DNA of 64,000 nucleotides from NCBI GenBank assembly GCA_963835345.1, contig CAWIFG010000001.1:312768-376767 (forward strand), in the 5' to 3' direction. This document shows, one piece after another, positions 1-9,797 of this stretch; within the stretch, counting starts at the first letter, position 1, and each line of letters opens with the position of its first letter. This DNA comes from an uncultured Acidobacteriaceae bacterium. GTDB taxonomy: Bacteria > Acidobacteriota > Terriglobia > Terriglobales > Acidobacteriaceae. The notes below the pieces were generated by a model, which was not told the DNA's origin, ran no database searches, and saw only the letters and a list, made by a program, of their open reading frames with translations. Made by a program: the position numbers and the translations under genes.

Positions 1-1118
1 TTCGCCACCACCTGCGCAGCAGGCTTCAGCGAAGAAATGTCATACGACGCCTTCAGCCGCAGATGCGCTCCATACGGAATCGCATTCGACGGCCCGCTCG
101 GAGCTCCCGCGTGCGTCGCCGGGTGCACATAGAATCCCGCACGCATCTCGTTGTTCGGCAGAATGAACCGGATCGCATGGTTGATCTGACCCGCCTTCAG
201 TTCATCGGCATTGAACAGCAGCGGAGCAATCGGGAACCCCGCCGCGTCCGCGCTCGTGCACTGCTCTCCGCGCCCGGTCGCCGGATAGACCACGTTCAGA
301 TCCCATACTCCAATAAAGTTGGCCGTCACTGCGCTGCCGTTATAGTTCGCGCCATAGGCTTCGTAAAGCTTGCCCGCGCCGTTGTCCACAACGATGAAGT
401 GGCAGTCGTATTGTGAGGTGTCGCACTGATAGCCTGTCTGGCCTTCCATCCCTCCGCCCGCCGGCAAAGGAACACTCGAAACACTGTCCGAGTCAGGCGT
501 GTAAAACGGCGACCCAGGCTGGAACGGCACCGTCGGCGTCGACGAATTTGCCTGCATGACGCGGATCGACTCGTCCACCTTCATGCTGCCCAGACCCCAT
601 CCGCCCTGCGATGCAAGCTGATTGATCATGCTCGCGGAGTTAGGATCGACCACCGCAGCGCTGACATCCTGCGTCCAGACTGCCGCCAGAGGAAAGTACT
701 GCACCAGCGTCGACGTGCCGGTCCCAGTACCAGTCGTTCCCGTACCCGTCCCGGTGCCACTCGTGCCCGTACTCGTTCCGGTGCCGGTCGTCCCTGTTCC
801 CGTCGTGGTCCCCGTGCCACTCGTTCCCGTAGTCGTGCCGGTCCCGGTGCCGCTCGTTCCCGTCGTCGTCCCGGTGCCACTCGTGCCCGTACTCGTTCCG
901 GTGCCGGTGGTCCCTGTACCCGTGGTGGTTCCCGTGCCACTGGTACCCGTAGAGGTTCCCGTGCCACCCGTACTCCCTTTATGGCGCTTCGAAGCGGCCT
1001 TGACGACCTTGGCCTTCTTTCCTGTCTGAGCGCTGGCGCTCGTTGCCCAGCCTCCCAACGTCGTTGCAGCCGTTGCTGCTCCAAGAATGACGAATAACCC
1101 TCGCTTCAAAGCGACCAT
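1..1118 (-). CDS. Secreted protein with Gly/Thr/Ser-rich linker and a globular C-terminal domain (runs off the left edge)
   Basis: Manual translation, absent from the ORF track because there is no stop in the window. GGAGG-N6-ATG at 1118; MVALKRGLFVILGAATAATTLGGWATSASA signal peptide; (GT/GTS)n tract; then ...GRGEQCTSADAAGFPIAPLLFNADELKAGQINHAIRF... Confidence 0.85.
   Translation of the reverse strand, partial: MVALKRGLFVILGAATAATTLGGWATSASAQTGKKAKVVKAASKRHKGSTGGTGTSTGTSGTGTTTGTGTTGTGTSTGTSGTGTTTGTSGTGTGTTTGTSGTGTTTGTGTTGTGTSTGTSGTGTGTGTTGTGTGTSTLVQYFPLAAVWTQDVSAAVVDPNSASMINQLASQGGWGLGSMKVDESIRVMQANSSTPTVPFQPGSPFYTPDSDSVSSVPLPAGGGMEGQTGYQCDTSQYDCHFIVVDNGAGKLYEAYGANYNGSAVTANFIGVWDLNVVYPATGRGEQCTSADAAGFPIAPLLFNADELKAGQINHAIRFILPNNEMRAGFYVHPATHAGAPSGPSNAIPYGAHLRLKASYDISSLKPAAQVVA
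715..975. repeat. Low-complexity coding repeat (GTGTS/GTTT) with an internal duplication at 120-nt period
   Basis: ccggtgccactcgtgcccgtactcgttccggtgccggt occurs at 751 and 871. Confidence 0.85.
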
Positions 1119-1318
1119 TAACTTCCTCCGAAAACAGGTTTGTAGCCCGAACCACTACATGTAACGAACCTGCTCTGGGAGAAGTCTTCCGTTTCACTGC
1201 CTTGGTCTCAAGCTGTTTCCCGTTTCGACGGAACGCGGTTCAACTCGGAAGCAAGCAAAAACGTCATCTTGTGTGGATAAACTGCAACAAAAGTTGTAGA
1301 GCCTCTGCTTTTCTTTCC

Positions 1319-1450
1319 GTCATTCCGAGGCGCCAGAGTCCTCAGCGAACTCGTTCGCTGGGTGGTGCAGCCGAGGAACCTGTCTTCTGTCCAACCGGCG
1401 ACACTCCGGGTGCCCCATCTTCGCGTGCGCTCGGGGTCCCCGGCAACGCT
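1319..1450. repeat. Cluster of REP-like palindromes: a GTCATTCCGAGG-type element with a nested module, and a GGGTGCCCCAT-type element
   Basis: gtcattccgaggcgc[cagagtcctcagcgaactcgttcgctgggtggtg]cagccgaggaacc, followed by ccgggtgccccatcttcgcg; related copies elsewhere in the window. Confidence 0.65.
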
Positions 1451-1739
1451 GCGAGGATTAGCGGGTAAAGCGACCAGTTTTTGATGGGCGTCAGCACTCG
1501 CGCAATCGCGCTCGTCGCCAGATAACCCGTACCGAACATGCCAACCATTAACACTGCAACGGCAAAGACCAAGATCGCCCGCTAAACCGGCATCTCAAGA
1601 TGCCCATGCGGATCCTCGAGAACCGCCATCAACAAGAGCAGAACCCTGGGCCTAACGCAACGCAGATCGATTCGATAGACCAAACGCCGAGACGGTTCAG
1701 AACCGAAACTGGGCGGTCATAATCGCCTGCCCGCGACAC

Positions 1740-1991
1740 CTACCGCGCTCGTCCCGCCGGCTTCTTCTTCGTCACATCCACCGGAGCCGCCGGAGGCCTC
1801 ACGCCACTCTTCTCATCCATCCAGTTATCCAGCAGGCTCTTCCTGAAACGCCAGCGGTTCCCCAGCTTGAACGCCGGCACAAACCCCTCCGACGCGTACC
1901 GGTACAGCGTGTCCCCGCTGATCCCCAGGTACTCCGCGGCCTGCCGAATATCCATCACCTCGCGAAGCGCGGGCTGTGCCTGTGCTGCCAT
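1740..1991 (-). CDS. Small HTH_17 (excisionase/BldC-like) DNA-binding protein
   Basis: VMDIRQAAEYLGISGDTLYRYASEGFVPAFKLGNRWRF. Confidence 0.9.
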   Translation of the reverse strand: MAAQAQPALREVMDIRQAAEYLGISGDTLYRYASEGFVPAFKLGNRWRFRKSLLDNWMDEKSGVRPPAAPVDVTKKKPAGRAR

Positions 1992-2252
1992 GGCTCCATC
2001 TCCAATCGTGGGAAATCCCGGGAACTCACGCGCTCCGTAAACCCCTCATCTCAACTCAGCGCGAATCCTCTTGTACCCCCTTTTTCAGCGGTACACAAGC
2101 GGAAATCTCCGGGTTCTCTCCTGCTTTCCTTGGCTCTTGGCAAGTTTCTAACCTCGAATGCCGCCTCACGACCATTTATTTCGAGTATTGGCAATTAAAA
2201 AATGGGCCGTTTTCATGCAAAATAACGCGGTTTTTACACGAAAATAAGCACC

Positions 2253-3374
2253 TTAAAAACGCCGAAACGGGTCCGCCCACCACCGCGTCTGCCCGCTGCC
2301 GTCCACCACTTCCGTCGGAACCCCCGGCTCCGGCGTCCACAGCCGGGCCCCATCCCTCGCCGCCAGTTCCTCCAACCGCTCAATCGGCTCCCGCCACCCA
2401 TGCAGAGCTAAGTTGAACATTCCCCAGTGGATCGGCATTAGCAGCCCCGCCTTCTCTGCCCCACCCATCGCCTGATACGCCCGCGCCGCACCCTCCGGCC
2501 CCAGGTGAATCTCCGACCACAGCGGATGGAACGCCCCAATCTCCAGCATGGTCAGGTCAAACCGGCTTCCGTTCCGCCCTTCCGGATCCAGGCGCTCCGG
2601 ATACTGCGCCGCAATCTCCGCAAACCCCTCCCACCAGCCCGAGTCCGCCCCGAAGTACACCCGGTGCTTCGGCCCCTCGATCACAAATGAGCTCCACAGC
2701 GTGGTAAACCTGTCCCACGGCAGCCTTCCTGAAAAGTGCCGCGACGGCCACGCCGTCAGCCGCACAGCCTGTCCCAAACCCGCATCCAGCCCCGCCGCGA
2801 CCTCGGTCGACTGTCCCCAGTCCAGTTCCGCGATCCTGTTCTCCGGCACGCCGAACCGCCGCAGTCTCTTGCCCACACCCGCCGACGTCACCCACACCGC
2901 CCGCGCCGTCGAATTCATCCGCGCCAGCCTGCCCACTGTCAGCGCCCCCAGGTGGTCATAGTGGTCGTGCGAGATCAGCACCGCATCCAGCTCCGGCATC
3001 TGCTCCAGCGGCATCGTCGGCGGAAAGAACCGCTGCGGCCCAAACCACTGCAACGGGCTCGCCCGCTCCTCCCACACCGGATCGATCAGGATCCGCACCG
3101 GGGTCCCCGGCGAGCTTGCTCGCTGGGGTGATACGCCGTCAATCTCCAGCAGCATCGACGAGTGCCCGAACCACGTCACCCGCAGCCCGCTCTCAGGAGG
3201 TCGCCGATACACGCGCGTGTCCGTCCGGAACGGCCCCAGCGGCACCTTCGGCTCGGCCTCAGCCTTATTGCGCAGATACAGCGGCAGCACCTTAAAGACC
3301 AGCCCGAATCCGCCCAGCCTCGTCGGCACCGGATTCAAATACCGCCCACCCTGCTTCTTCGCGCGCTCCAGCAA
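2253..3374 (-). CDS. MBL-fold metallo-hydrolase (NAPE-PLD/RomA-like)
   Basis: TWFGHSS, ISHDHYDHL, YFGADSG and PIHWG motifs; start uncertain. Confidence 0.9.
   Translation of the reverse strand: MLERAKKQGGRYLNPVPTRLGGFGLVFKVLPLYLRNKAEAEPKVPLGPFRTDTRVYRRPPESGLRVTWFGHSSMLLEIDGVSPQRASSPGTPVRILIDPVWEERASPLQWFGPQRFFPPTMPLEQMPELDAVLISHDHYDHLGALTVGRLARMNSTARAVWVTSAGVGKRLRRFGVPENRIAELDWGQSTEVAAGLDAGLGQAVRLTAWPSRHFSGRLPWDRFTTLWSSFVIEGPKHRVYFGADSGWWEGFAEIAAQYPERLDPEGRNGSRFDLTMLEIGAFHPLWSEIHLGPEGAARAYQAMGGAEKAGLLMPIHWGMFNLALHGWREPIERLEELAARDGARLWTPEPGVPTEVVDGSGQTRWWADPFRRF
3096..3131. repeat. 36-nt palindromic module inserted in frame in the MBL gene
   Basis: caccggggtccccggcgagcttgctcgctggggtga encodes SPQRASSPGTPV inside LEIDGV...RILIDP. 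Confidence 0.75.
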
Positions 3375-3459
3375 CCCCGCTCCAATAACTCCAATGACCG
3401 ATAGAGTCCTTCGATACTCTCACACCCCAGCCGCATCCGTCCTGGCCGGGTCTCGGGAT

Positions 3460-3508
3460 CCCTACCCCTTATCCGTTTCCCCTTACCCCTTATCCCTTAT
3501 CCTCTATC
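3460..3508. repeat. Tandem heptamer repeat, consensus CCTTATC, 7 units
   Basis: ccctacc ccttatc cgtttcc ccttacc ccttatc ccttatc ctctatc. Confidence 0.8.
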
Positions 3509-3518
3509 ATTCCCCGCC

Positions 3519-5292
3519 TTACTCCGCGCCATTCTCCGCCCCATACAGCGCATTAATCCTGTCCTTATATTTCTCATTGATCACGCGCCGCTTCAGCTTC
3601 ATGCTCGGCGTCAGCTCACCCGACTCCACCGTCCACTCCTCCGGCACCACTGCAATTTTCTTGATCGTCTCATGGTGCGCCAGCCCCTCGTTCGCCTTGC
3701 CCACGATGCCCTTATAGACCTGCTGCACCTTCGCGTCTTCCACCAGCTTCGCGCGGTCTTTCGTCTGTACACCGTTCTGCTGTGCCCACTTCTCCAGCGC
3801 GTCAAAGTTCGGCGAGATCACCACGCTCACAAACTTCCGCTGGTCGCCGATCAGCGCCGCCTGCCCCACCAGCGCATCCACCTTCAACCGGCTCTCAATC
3901 GGCTGCGGCGCAACATACTTTCCGCCCGAGGTCTTCATCAGCTCCTTCTTCCTGTCCGTGATCGACAGAAATCCGTCCTCGAGCTTCGCAATATCACCCG
4001 TCCGGAACCACCCATCCGCCGTGAACTCCTTCTTCGTCTCCTCTTCCTTCTTCCAATACCCCGCGAACACACTCGTCCCGCGCACCTCCAGCTCGCCATC
4101 CTCGGCCAGCCGCGTCTCCAGATTCGGAATGACCGCGCCCACGGTATACGGCCTGTACGCCGCAAACGTATTCCGCGCAATCACCGGCGACGTCTCCGTC
4201 ATCCCATAACCCTCAAACACGCGAATCCCCACGCTCAGAAACCAATCGGTCGTCTCTTTGCCCAGCGGCGCCCCACCTGAGATGAACAGCTTCGCGTTCC
4301 CTCCAAACGCCTCGCGAATCTTCGAGAACACCAGCTTGTTCGCAATCTTCCATCCCAGCGAAGCCGGCACTTCGCCCGCCGCGATCTTGTCCTTCCGTTT
4401 CCGTCCCCGCGCCAGCGCCCAGTTGAAGATCCGCTTCTGCATTCCTTGCGCCTTGCCCTCAACCCCCTGCCGCACCTTCTCAAACACACGCGGCACCGCG
4501 AGAAAAATTGTCGGCTTCACCTCCTTCATCGCCGCCGGCAGCCGATCAAACCCCGGCAGATACGCCAGGTATCCTCCATGCGCGTAGATCGCATAATCCA
4601 GATGCCGCGCCAGCGCATGACTCAGCGGGAGAAACGAGATCGCCGAATCTCCCTTCTCAAGGTGCAGATCGTCCGTCGAGTGATGCAGGTTGTCGCACAG
4701 ATTCTTATGCGTCAGCATCACACCCTTCGGTTCGCCCGTCGTTCCTGACGTGTAGATAATCGTCGCCAGCTCCTCCGGCTTCGTCTCCTTCAACTTCGCG
4801 TCGAATCCCGCATCGCGCGACTCCAGCTCTCCCGCATTCTCCAGCAGCTTGCTCAGGTGCTCCGCATTCGGAAAACTCACCGTCATCAAACACCACGACG
4901 CGCTCCAGCGCCGGCATCTCGCCCGCGTTCGCAATCTTGTCGTACTGCTCGCGCGTCGAAACAAACGCTACCTTCGCGCCCGAATCGCGCAGCATGAATC
5001 CCACCTGCTCCGGCGACAACGTCTGGTAGAGCGGCACATCCACCACGCCCATCGCCATGCACGCAAAGTCCACCACCGGCCACTCCCAGCGGTTCTCGCT
5101 GATAATCGCCACACGATCACCGCGCTTCACTCCCCAGCTCTCCAGCGCCGCCACCACCCCGCGCACGCGCCCATATATCGTGCGCGCCATAATCGGCTTC
5201 CATCCCTCGGTGCTCTTCCACATCGCGGCCGTGTCTCCGTCGCGCTGTGCAATGCCCGCCAGGATGTCGTTAATCGTGCGCAACTCAAGCAT
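3519..5292 (-). CDS. fadD: Long-chain fatty acid--CoA ligase (one frameshift near 4875, probably a sequencing error)
   Basis: YTSGTTGEPKG, EGYGMTET and GWFRTGD motifs; ORFs 4705-5292 and 3519-4964 join into one protein. Confidence 0.85.
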
Positions 5293-5512
5293 GTGTGTCT
5301 CCTTCAGATTCAGCCGCAGTGGGACTGCTTATCTCTGATGCAACAGACTACACAGCCGCAGTAAAACCTTTGTCCGCCTGAACTCGACATCTCGCAAACT
5401 CGCGTCTCGAAACTGAAAGCCAACCCTGCATTCCTCGCCGCAGCGCGCATATCGCGTCTGCAAGCGCGAGCCGTGGAACCTTTGAATGTCAGTTCGCAGA
5501 TTCTCCCGTCAC

Positions 5513-6442
5513 TCACTCCCCGCCGCACTCCCCCAATATCCCCTTGGACAGATACCGCTCCGCCGAGTCCGGCACCACCGTCACCACGCGCTTGCCCGGC
5601 CCCAGCTCCTTCGCAATCTCGAGCGCCGCAAACACATTCGCGCCTGAGCTCGACCCGGCCAGCACACCTTCCTCACGCGCCAGCCGCTGCACCATCGCGA
5701 ACGCATCGTCATCACTCACCATGATGATGCGATCCGTCACGCTGCGATCGAAGTTCGCCGGAATAAATGACACGCCAATCCCTTCCACCTTGTGTGGCCC
5801 CGGCTCTCCGCCCTGCAGAATGCTTCCCTGCGTCTCCACCGCAACCGTCAGCACCGCGGGCGTGCGCTTCTTGAAGCACCTCGCGATGCCCGTAAACGTT
5901 CCCGCCGACCCCACGCCAATCACCACCGCATCCAAGCGGCCTTCCATCTGCGACCAGATCTCCTCCGCCGTCGTCTCCTCGTGATAGTCCGCGTTCGCCG
6001 GATTCTCAAACTGCATTGCCGCAAACGCTCCCGGCGTCTCGTCCTCAAACGCCAGCGCCCGCTTGATTGCGCCCGCCATCATCTCGCTCTCCGGGGTGCG
6101 CACAACCTCCGCACCCAGCCCGCGCATCAGGATGCACTTCTCTTCCGCGTAGCCCTCCGGCACAAACAGCTTCACGCGATACCCGCGCTGCACGCCGATC
6201 AGCGCCAGCCCCACACCGGTATTGCCCGCGGTCGCTTCGACGATCGTTCCTCCGGGCTTCAGCACCCCGCGCCGCTCCGCATCCAGCACGATGCCCAGCG
6301 CCGCGCGGTCCTTGATGCTTCCGCCCGGGTTCATCGTCTCCAGCTTCGCCCACACCTCGGCCGCATCCGCGCCCGCAAGTTTGCCAAGCCGCACCATGGG
6401 CGTGTGCCCAACTAACTGAGTTACATCTGCTCCGATTCGCAC
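5513..6442 (-). CDS. cysK: Cysteine synthase (PLP-dependent)
   Basis: NPGGSIKDR, EATAGNTG, HKVEGIG and PDSAERYLS motifs. Confidence 0.9.
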   Translation of the reverse strand: MRIGADVTQLVGHTPMVRLGKLAGADAAEVWAKLETMNPGGSIKDRAALGIVLDAERRGVLKPGGTIVEATAGNTGVGLALIGVQRGYRVKLFVPEGYAEEKCILMRGLGAEVVRTPESEMMAGAIKRALAFEDETPGAFAAMQFENPANADYHEETTAEEIWSQMEGRLDAVVIGVGSAGTFTGIARCFKKRTPAVLTVAVETQGSILQGGEPGPHKVEGIGVSFIPANFDRSVTDRIIMVSDDDAFAMVQRLAREEGVLAGSSSGANVFAALEIAKELGPGKRVVTVVPDSAERYLSKGILGECGGE

Positions 6443-6450
6443 GCTGCTCG

Positions 6451-7575
6451 CTACTCTCCCGTCGTCTTGCGGCTTGCCCCACCCGCACCGGCAACCTTCG
6501 GAAAATATCCCGAGCGCGTCCTCACCTGCAACCCGCGGTAGCCTTTTTCTTTTGCTTCCACGTGAATCGTCCGGTATCCGCCCAATTCCGGCGGCTTCGT
6601 CGACCGGTACTCGATCGTGTACTGCGACCGGATGTCCTGCGCCACCTCGCGCGTAATCCCATCCACTTCCTTCAGCGACTTCGGGAAGTACGCGATCCCT
6701 CCCGTCTGCGTCGCCAGCTCCGTCAGCACCTCGCGCGAGTGCCTCGCCTCCGAGTGGCTCACATCCTCGCCAAACAGCAGTCCGATGCAGTAGATCGCCG
6801 GCCCATCCAGGTCCTGCACTCGGCGAATCGTCTGCTCCAGCGTTGCGCTCGACGCATTGTCATCGCCGTCTGTCACAATCAGCAGAACCTGCTTGCTGCG
6901 CTTCGCATTCTTGGACAGATAATCCGCCGACGCGATCACCGCGTCATACAGCGCCGTCCCTCCGCTCGACTTGATATACGCCAGCCCCTGCTGCAGCTTG
7001 TCAATCGAGTTCGTAAAATCCTGGTCGATATACGCCTCCGAGCTGAAGTCCACCAGGAACGCCTCATCCTCACGGTTCGACAGCCGCACCAGATCCAGCG
7101 ACGCCGCATCCACCGCCGCCCGCTTGTCGTACATCGACCCCGAGCTGTCGATCAGAATTCCCATCGACACCGGCACATCCTCATGCCGGAACCCGATGAT
7201 CGTCTGCGGCACGCCATCCTCATACACGTGGAACGCATCCTGCGGCAGGTTCTGCACGGGCGCGCCGCTCGCATCAATCACCGACGCATTCAGCCGCACC
7301 TCATACGCATTCGCGCGCAAGGTGTACTCGCCGTGCTCCTTGGTAATCTCGCCCGGCTTCGGCGGCCCCGTCGGCGCCGGCAACGCCGTATGCGTATCCG
7401 GGTCCGGCGACGGCACCGGGTCACTATCCACCGCCGGCACCTGCCCCTGACTCTGTGCAGCCGGCTGGTTAGGCCTCGCCTGCGCCTGCGGCGGTGATAT
7501 CGCCTGCGGCTGTGCCGCCGCCTGCGCCCACACGCCGGGCGTCATGACCACGCACATCGCGAGCACCACGCACAT
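6451..7575 (-). CDS. VWA domain protein, Acidobacteria type (exported)
   Basis: DSSGSM MIDAS motif, GGTALYDA, TDGDDNAS; start uncertain. Confidence 0.85.
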   Translation of the reverse strand: MCVVLAMCVVMTPGVWAQAAAQPQAISPPQAQARPNQPAAQSQGQVPAVDSDPVPSPDPDTHTALPAPTGPPKPGEITKEHGEYTLRANAYEVRLNASVIDASGAPVQNLPQDAFHVYEDGVPQTIIGFRHEDVPVSMGILIDSSGSMYDKRAAVDAASLDLVRLSNREDEAFLVDFSSEAYIDQDFTNSIDKLQQGLAYIKSSGGTALYDAVIASADYLSKNAKRSKQVLLIVTDGDDNASSATLEQTIRRVQDLDGPAIYCIGLLFGEDVSHSEARHSREVLTELATQTGGIAYFPKSLKEVDGITREVAQDIRSQYTIEYRSTKPPELGGYRTIHVEAKEKGYRGLQVRTRSGYFPKVAGAGGASRKTTGE

Positions 7576-7779
7576 CGCGGCCCCCACCCGGCACGTCAAT
7601 CTCCCATCTATCCTCAATCGATCCTCACTGCCGCGCGGCAACGCAGCACCGCATCCGCCTTAACCTTGGACGCATTCCCGCCGCCGCCGCTAACCAGCTT
7701 TCGCACACGCGGCCATTCCGGCCCATTTGCCTGTTGCGCACCCGCCGCAATTCCCACCAGTAGAAAGCAACCCGCAGCC

Positions 7780-8928
7780 TTACTGCGTCGGCGCATAGTA
7801 CCCCTCGCGGCTGTGCACCGTCAGCGGAGGCAACCCGGGAGGCTCCATCAGCTTCACCCGCAGCTTCCGCCACTGCCCATCCCGCCGCGTATCCGTCGGC
7901 GTAAACCCAATCACATACTGATTGCGCAGCTCCTCACTGATCCGCTGCGCAATGTCGCTCAAATCCTGCATGTCCATCACACGAAACAGCCGCCCGCCGG
8001 TCGACTCGCACACCTCATTCAGCAGGGTCGGCCCGTTGACCTCTTCCTCGGTCGGCGCAAACGCGTCAAAGATGCCAATCGAATAAATCTGCACCTCGCT
8101 CTCGCGCACAATCCGCGTCAGCTCACCCTCCGTATACCGGCTCCGGTTATCTCCGCCATCCGAGATCACCAGCAGCGCCTTGCGCGCATACTTCGCCTGC
8201 CGCAGCTTGTTCACCCCCAGGTACATCGCATCAATCAGCGCCGTCCGGTTCTGCGGGCGCAGCATCACCATACGTGCTTCGACGTCCTCCACGTCGTTTG
8301 TGTAATCCACCAGAATCGCCGGCCGGTCATTAAACCCCACCACAAAAAACTCATCCTGCGGATTGCACGTCCGCAAAAACTCCGTCAGCGCCTTCCGCGC
8401 CCGCAAAAACTTCGACTGCATGCTCCCGCTCAGATCAAAGATGATCCCGATCGACAGCGGCGCATCCTCCGTCGCAAAGCTCTTGATCGTCTGCAGATTG
8501 TTGTTGTCGTAAACCTGAAAATTTTCCTTATCCAGGCCCGTCACCAGCCGGTTCATCGGATCCGTCACCGTCAGCGGCACCAGCACCAGGTTCACGTTCA
8601 CGCGAATCTCCGCGTTCGGCGAGCTCGTCGCCTTCGTGCCCACAGCTGTCCCCGTAATCAGCGGCCGATTATCTTTCGTCTCCGCCGGCGCCGGCGCGGG
8701 CGTCTTCACATCTCCGAGCGGATTTTCCTGCGCCCGGGCGAATCCAGCCCCAACCGTCCCCAACCCCCACAGCATCAGCAACACAGCGCACAGCCTCAGC
8801 CCACTGGCCCGCACTCCGCCGCTCCGCCCACCATCTTCCCCCCGGCCCAACTGCAAGCACCGCATACGGCACCTCGCGCTCCGCACCCGTCGTCCCCAGT
8901 TCGCTGCGCGGAGCCCTAGAGCTACCAC
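7780..8928 (-). CDS. VWA domain protein, Acidobacteria type (exported)
   Basis: DLSGSM, TALIDA, ISDGGDNRS; the real start is probably downstream of 8928. Confidence 0.85.
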   Translation of the reverse strand: MVALGLRAANWGRRVRSARCRMRCLQLGRGEDGGRSGGVRASGLRLCAVLLMLWGLGTVGAGFARAQENPLGDVKTPAPAPAETKDNRPLITGTAVGTKATSSPNAEIRVNVNLVLVPLTVTDPMNRLVTGLDKENFQVYDNNNLQTIKSFATEDAPLSIGIIFDLSGSMQSKFLRARKALTEFLRTCNPQDEFFVVGFNDRPAILVDYTNDVEDVEARMVMLRPQNRTALIDAMYLGVNKLRQAKYARKALLVISDGGDNRSRYTEGELTRIVRESEVQIYSIGIFDAFAPTEEEVNGPTLLNEVCESTGGRLFRVMDMQDLSDIAQRISEELRNQYVIGFTPTDTRRDGQWRKLRVKLMEPPGLPPLTVHSREGYYAPTQ

Positions 8929-9026
8929 TATCTCACCGCCGCCCTCTCTTCGCCAGTCCCCGTCCTCTCCCCGCTCGTCCTCGCCGCCGCATTAATCTCA
9001 TAAACGATCTCCTTCCGGGAGGCCCC

Positions 9027-9629
9027 ATGGACAAAATCCCGAGCCGCACCCTCTGGCTCCAGTCCTTCACTCTGCTTTGGATGGCCCTGGAGGTCAGCGT
9101 CGCTGCCTGCTCCGCCGCATCCTCGCACAGCCCCGCGCTGCTGGCCTTCGGCTCAGACAGTCTCGTCGAGCTCCTCTCCGCCATCGTCGTTCTGCTGCCT
9201 TGGCTCACAAAATCATGGCTCACAAAATCCAGCCTCCCCGAGCGCCTCTCCGGCCGCCTCGCCGGCATCCTCCTCTTTGTTCTCGCGCTCGTCGTCGTCG
9301 TTACCGCGGCCCTTTCGCTCGCGCTGCGCCGTCCTCCCCAGCCCTCCCGCCCCGGGATCGCCATCACTCTTGCCGCTCTCCTCGTCATGCCCGCCCTCGC
9401 CGCACTCAAACGCCGCGAAGCTCACAACACCGGCAACATCGCGCTCTCCGCCGACGCAATCCAATCCGCAACCTGTGCCTGGATCGCCCTGCTCGCTCTC
9501 CTCGGTCTCGCCGTGAATGCCCTCTTTCACATCCCCTGGTTCGACTCCGTCGCCGCCGTCGCCATCGTTCCACTCCTCATCCGCGAAGGCCGCTCCGCCA
9601 TCAAAGGCGAGACCTGCGGCTGCATCTGA
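9027..9629 (+). CDS. Cation transporter (CDF-related membrane protein)
   Basis: SPALLAFGSDSLVE and ALSADAIQS motifs, about 6 TM helices, C-terminal CGC. Confidence 0.75.
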   Translation: MDKIPSRTLWLQSFTLLWMALEVSVAACSAASSHSPALLAFGSDSLVELLSAIVVLLPWLTKSWLTKSSLPERLSGRLAGILLFVLALVVVVTAALSLALRRPPQPSRPGIAITLAALLVMPALAALKRREAHNTGNIALSADAIQSATCAWIALLALLGLAVNALFHIPWFDSVAAVAIVPLLIREGRSAIKGETCGCI

Positions 9630-9797
9630 ACACACAATGGCAGCAATGTTTTTTCACAAATTGACCCTCTCGCACTCATAATGCTCTAATTCGCCAGTCT
9701 CCCCTCACAAAGGGGAGTCACTCCGGTATCACCAGCGGTCATCCGGCCGAAAACCCATATATCCACCCCTTGCCAGTCTTCAGGAGGACACCTGTTC

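Noticed and set aside
622-1029. Val/Pro-repeat ORF on the + strand
   Set aside because: Antisense shadow of the Gly/Thr tract of the minus-strand gene.
1342-1700. Small membrane-protein ORF or remnant
   Set aside because: It has an in-frame stop upstream, no RBS, and its 3' part runs through repeat elements.
1740-1991. Prophage or ICE excisionase
   Set aside because: No integrase, att site or phage genes in the window.
4860-4890. fadD split into two ORFs
   Set aside because: One indel restores a full-length ligase, so it is treated as an error.
9690-9797. Cation riboswitch in the hppA leader
   Set aside because: Only one simple hairpin (ctcccct-caca-aaggggag) is visible, and I could not match it to a known aptamer. 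A cmscan search would settle it.
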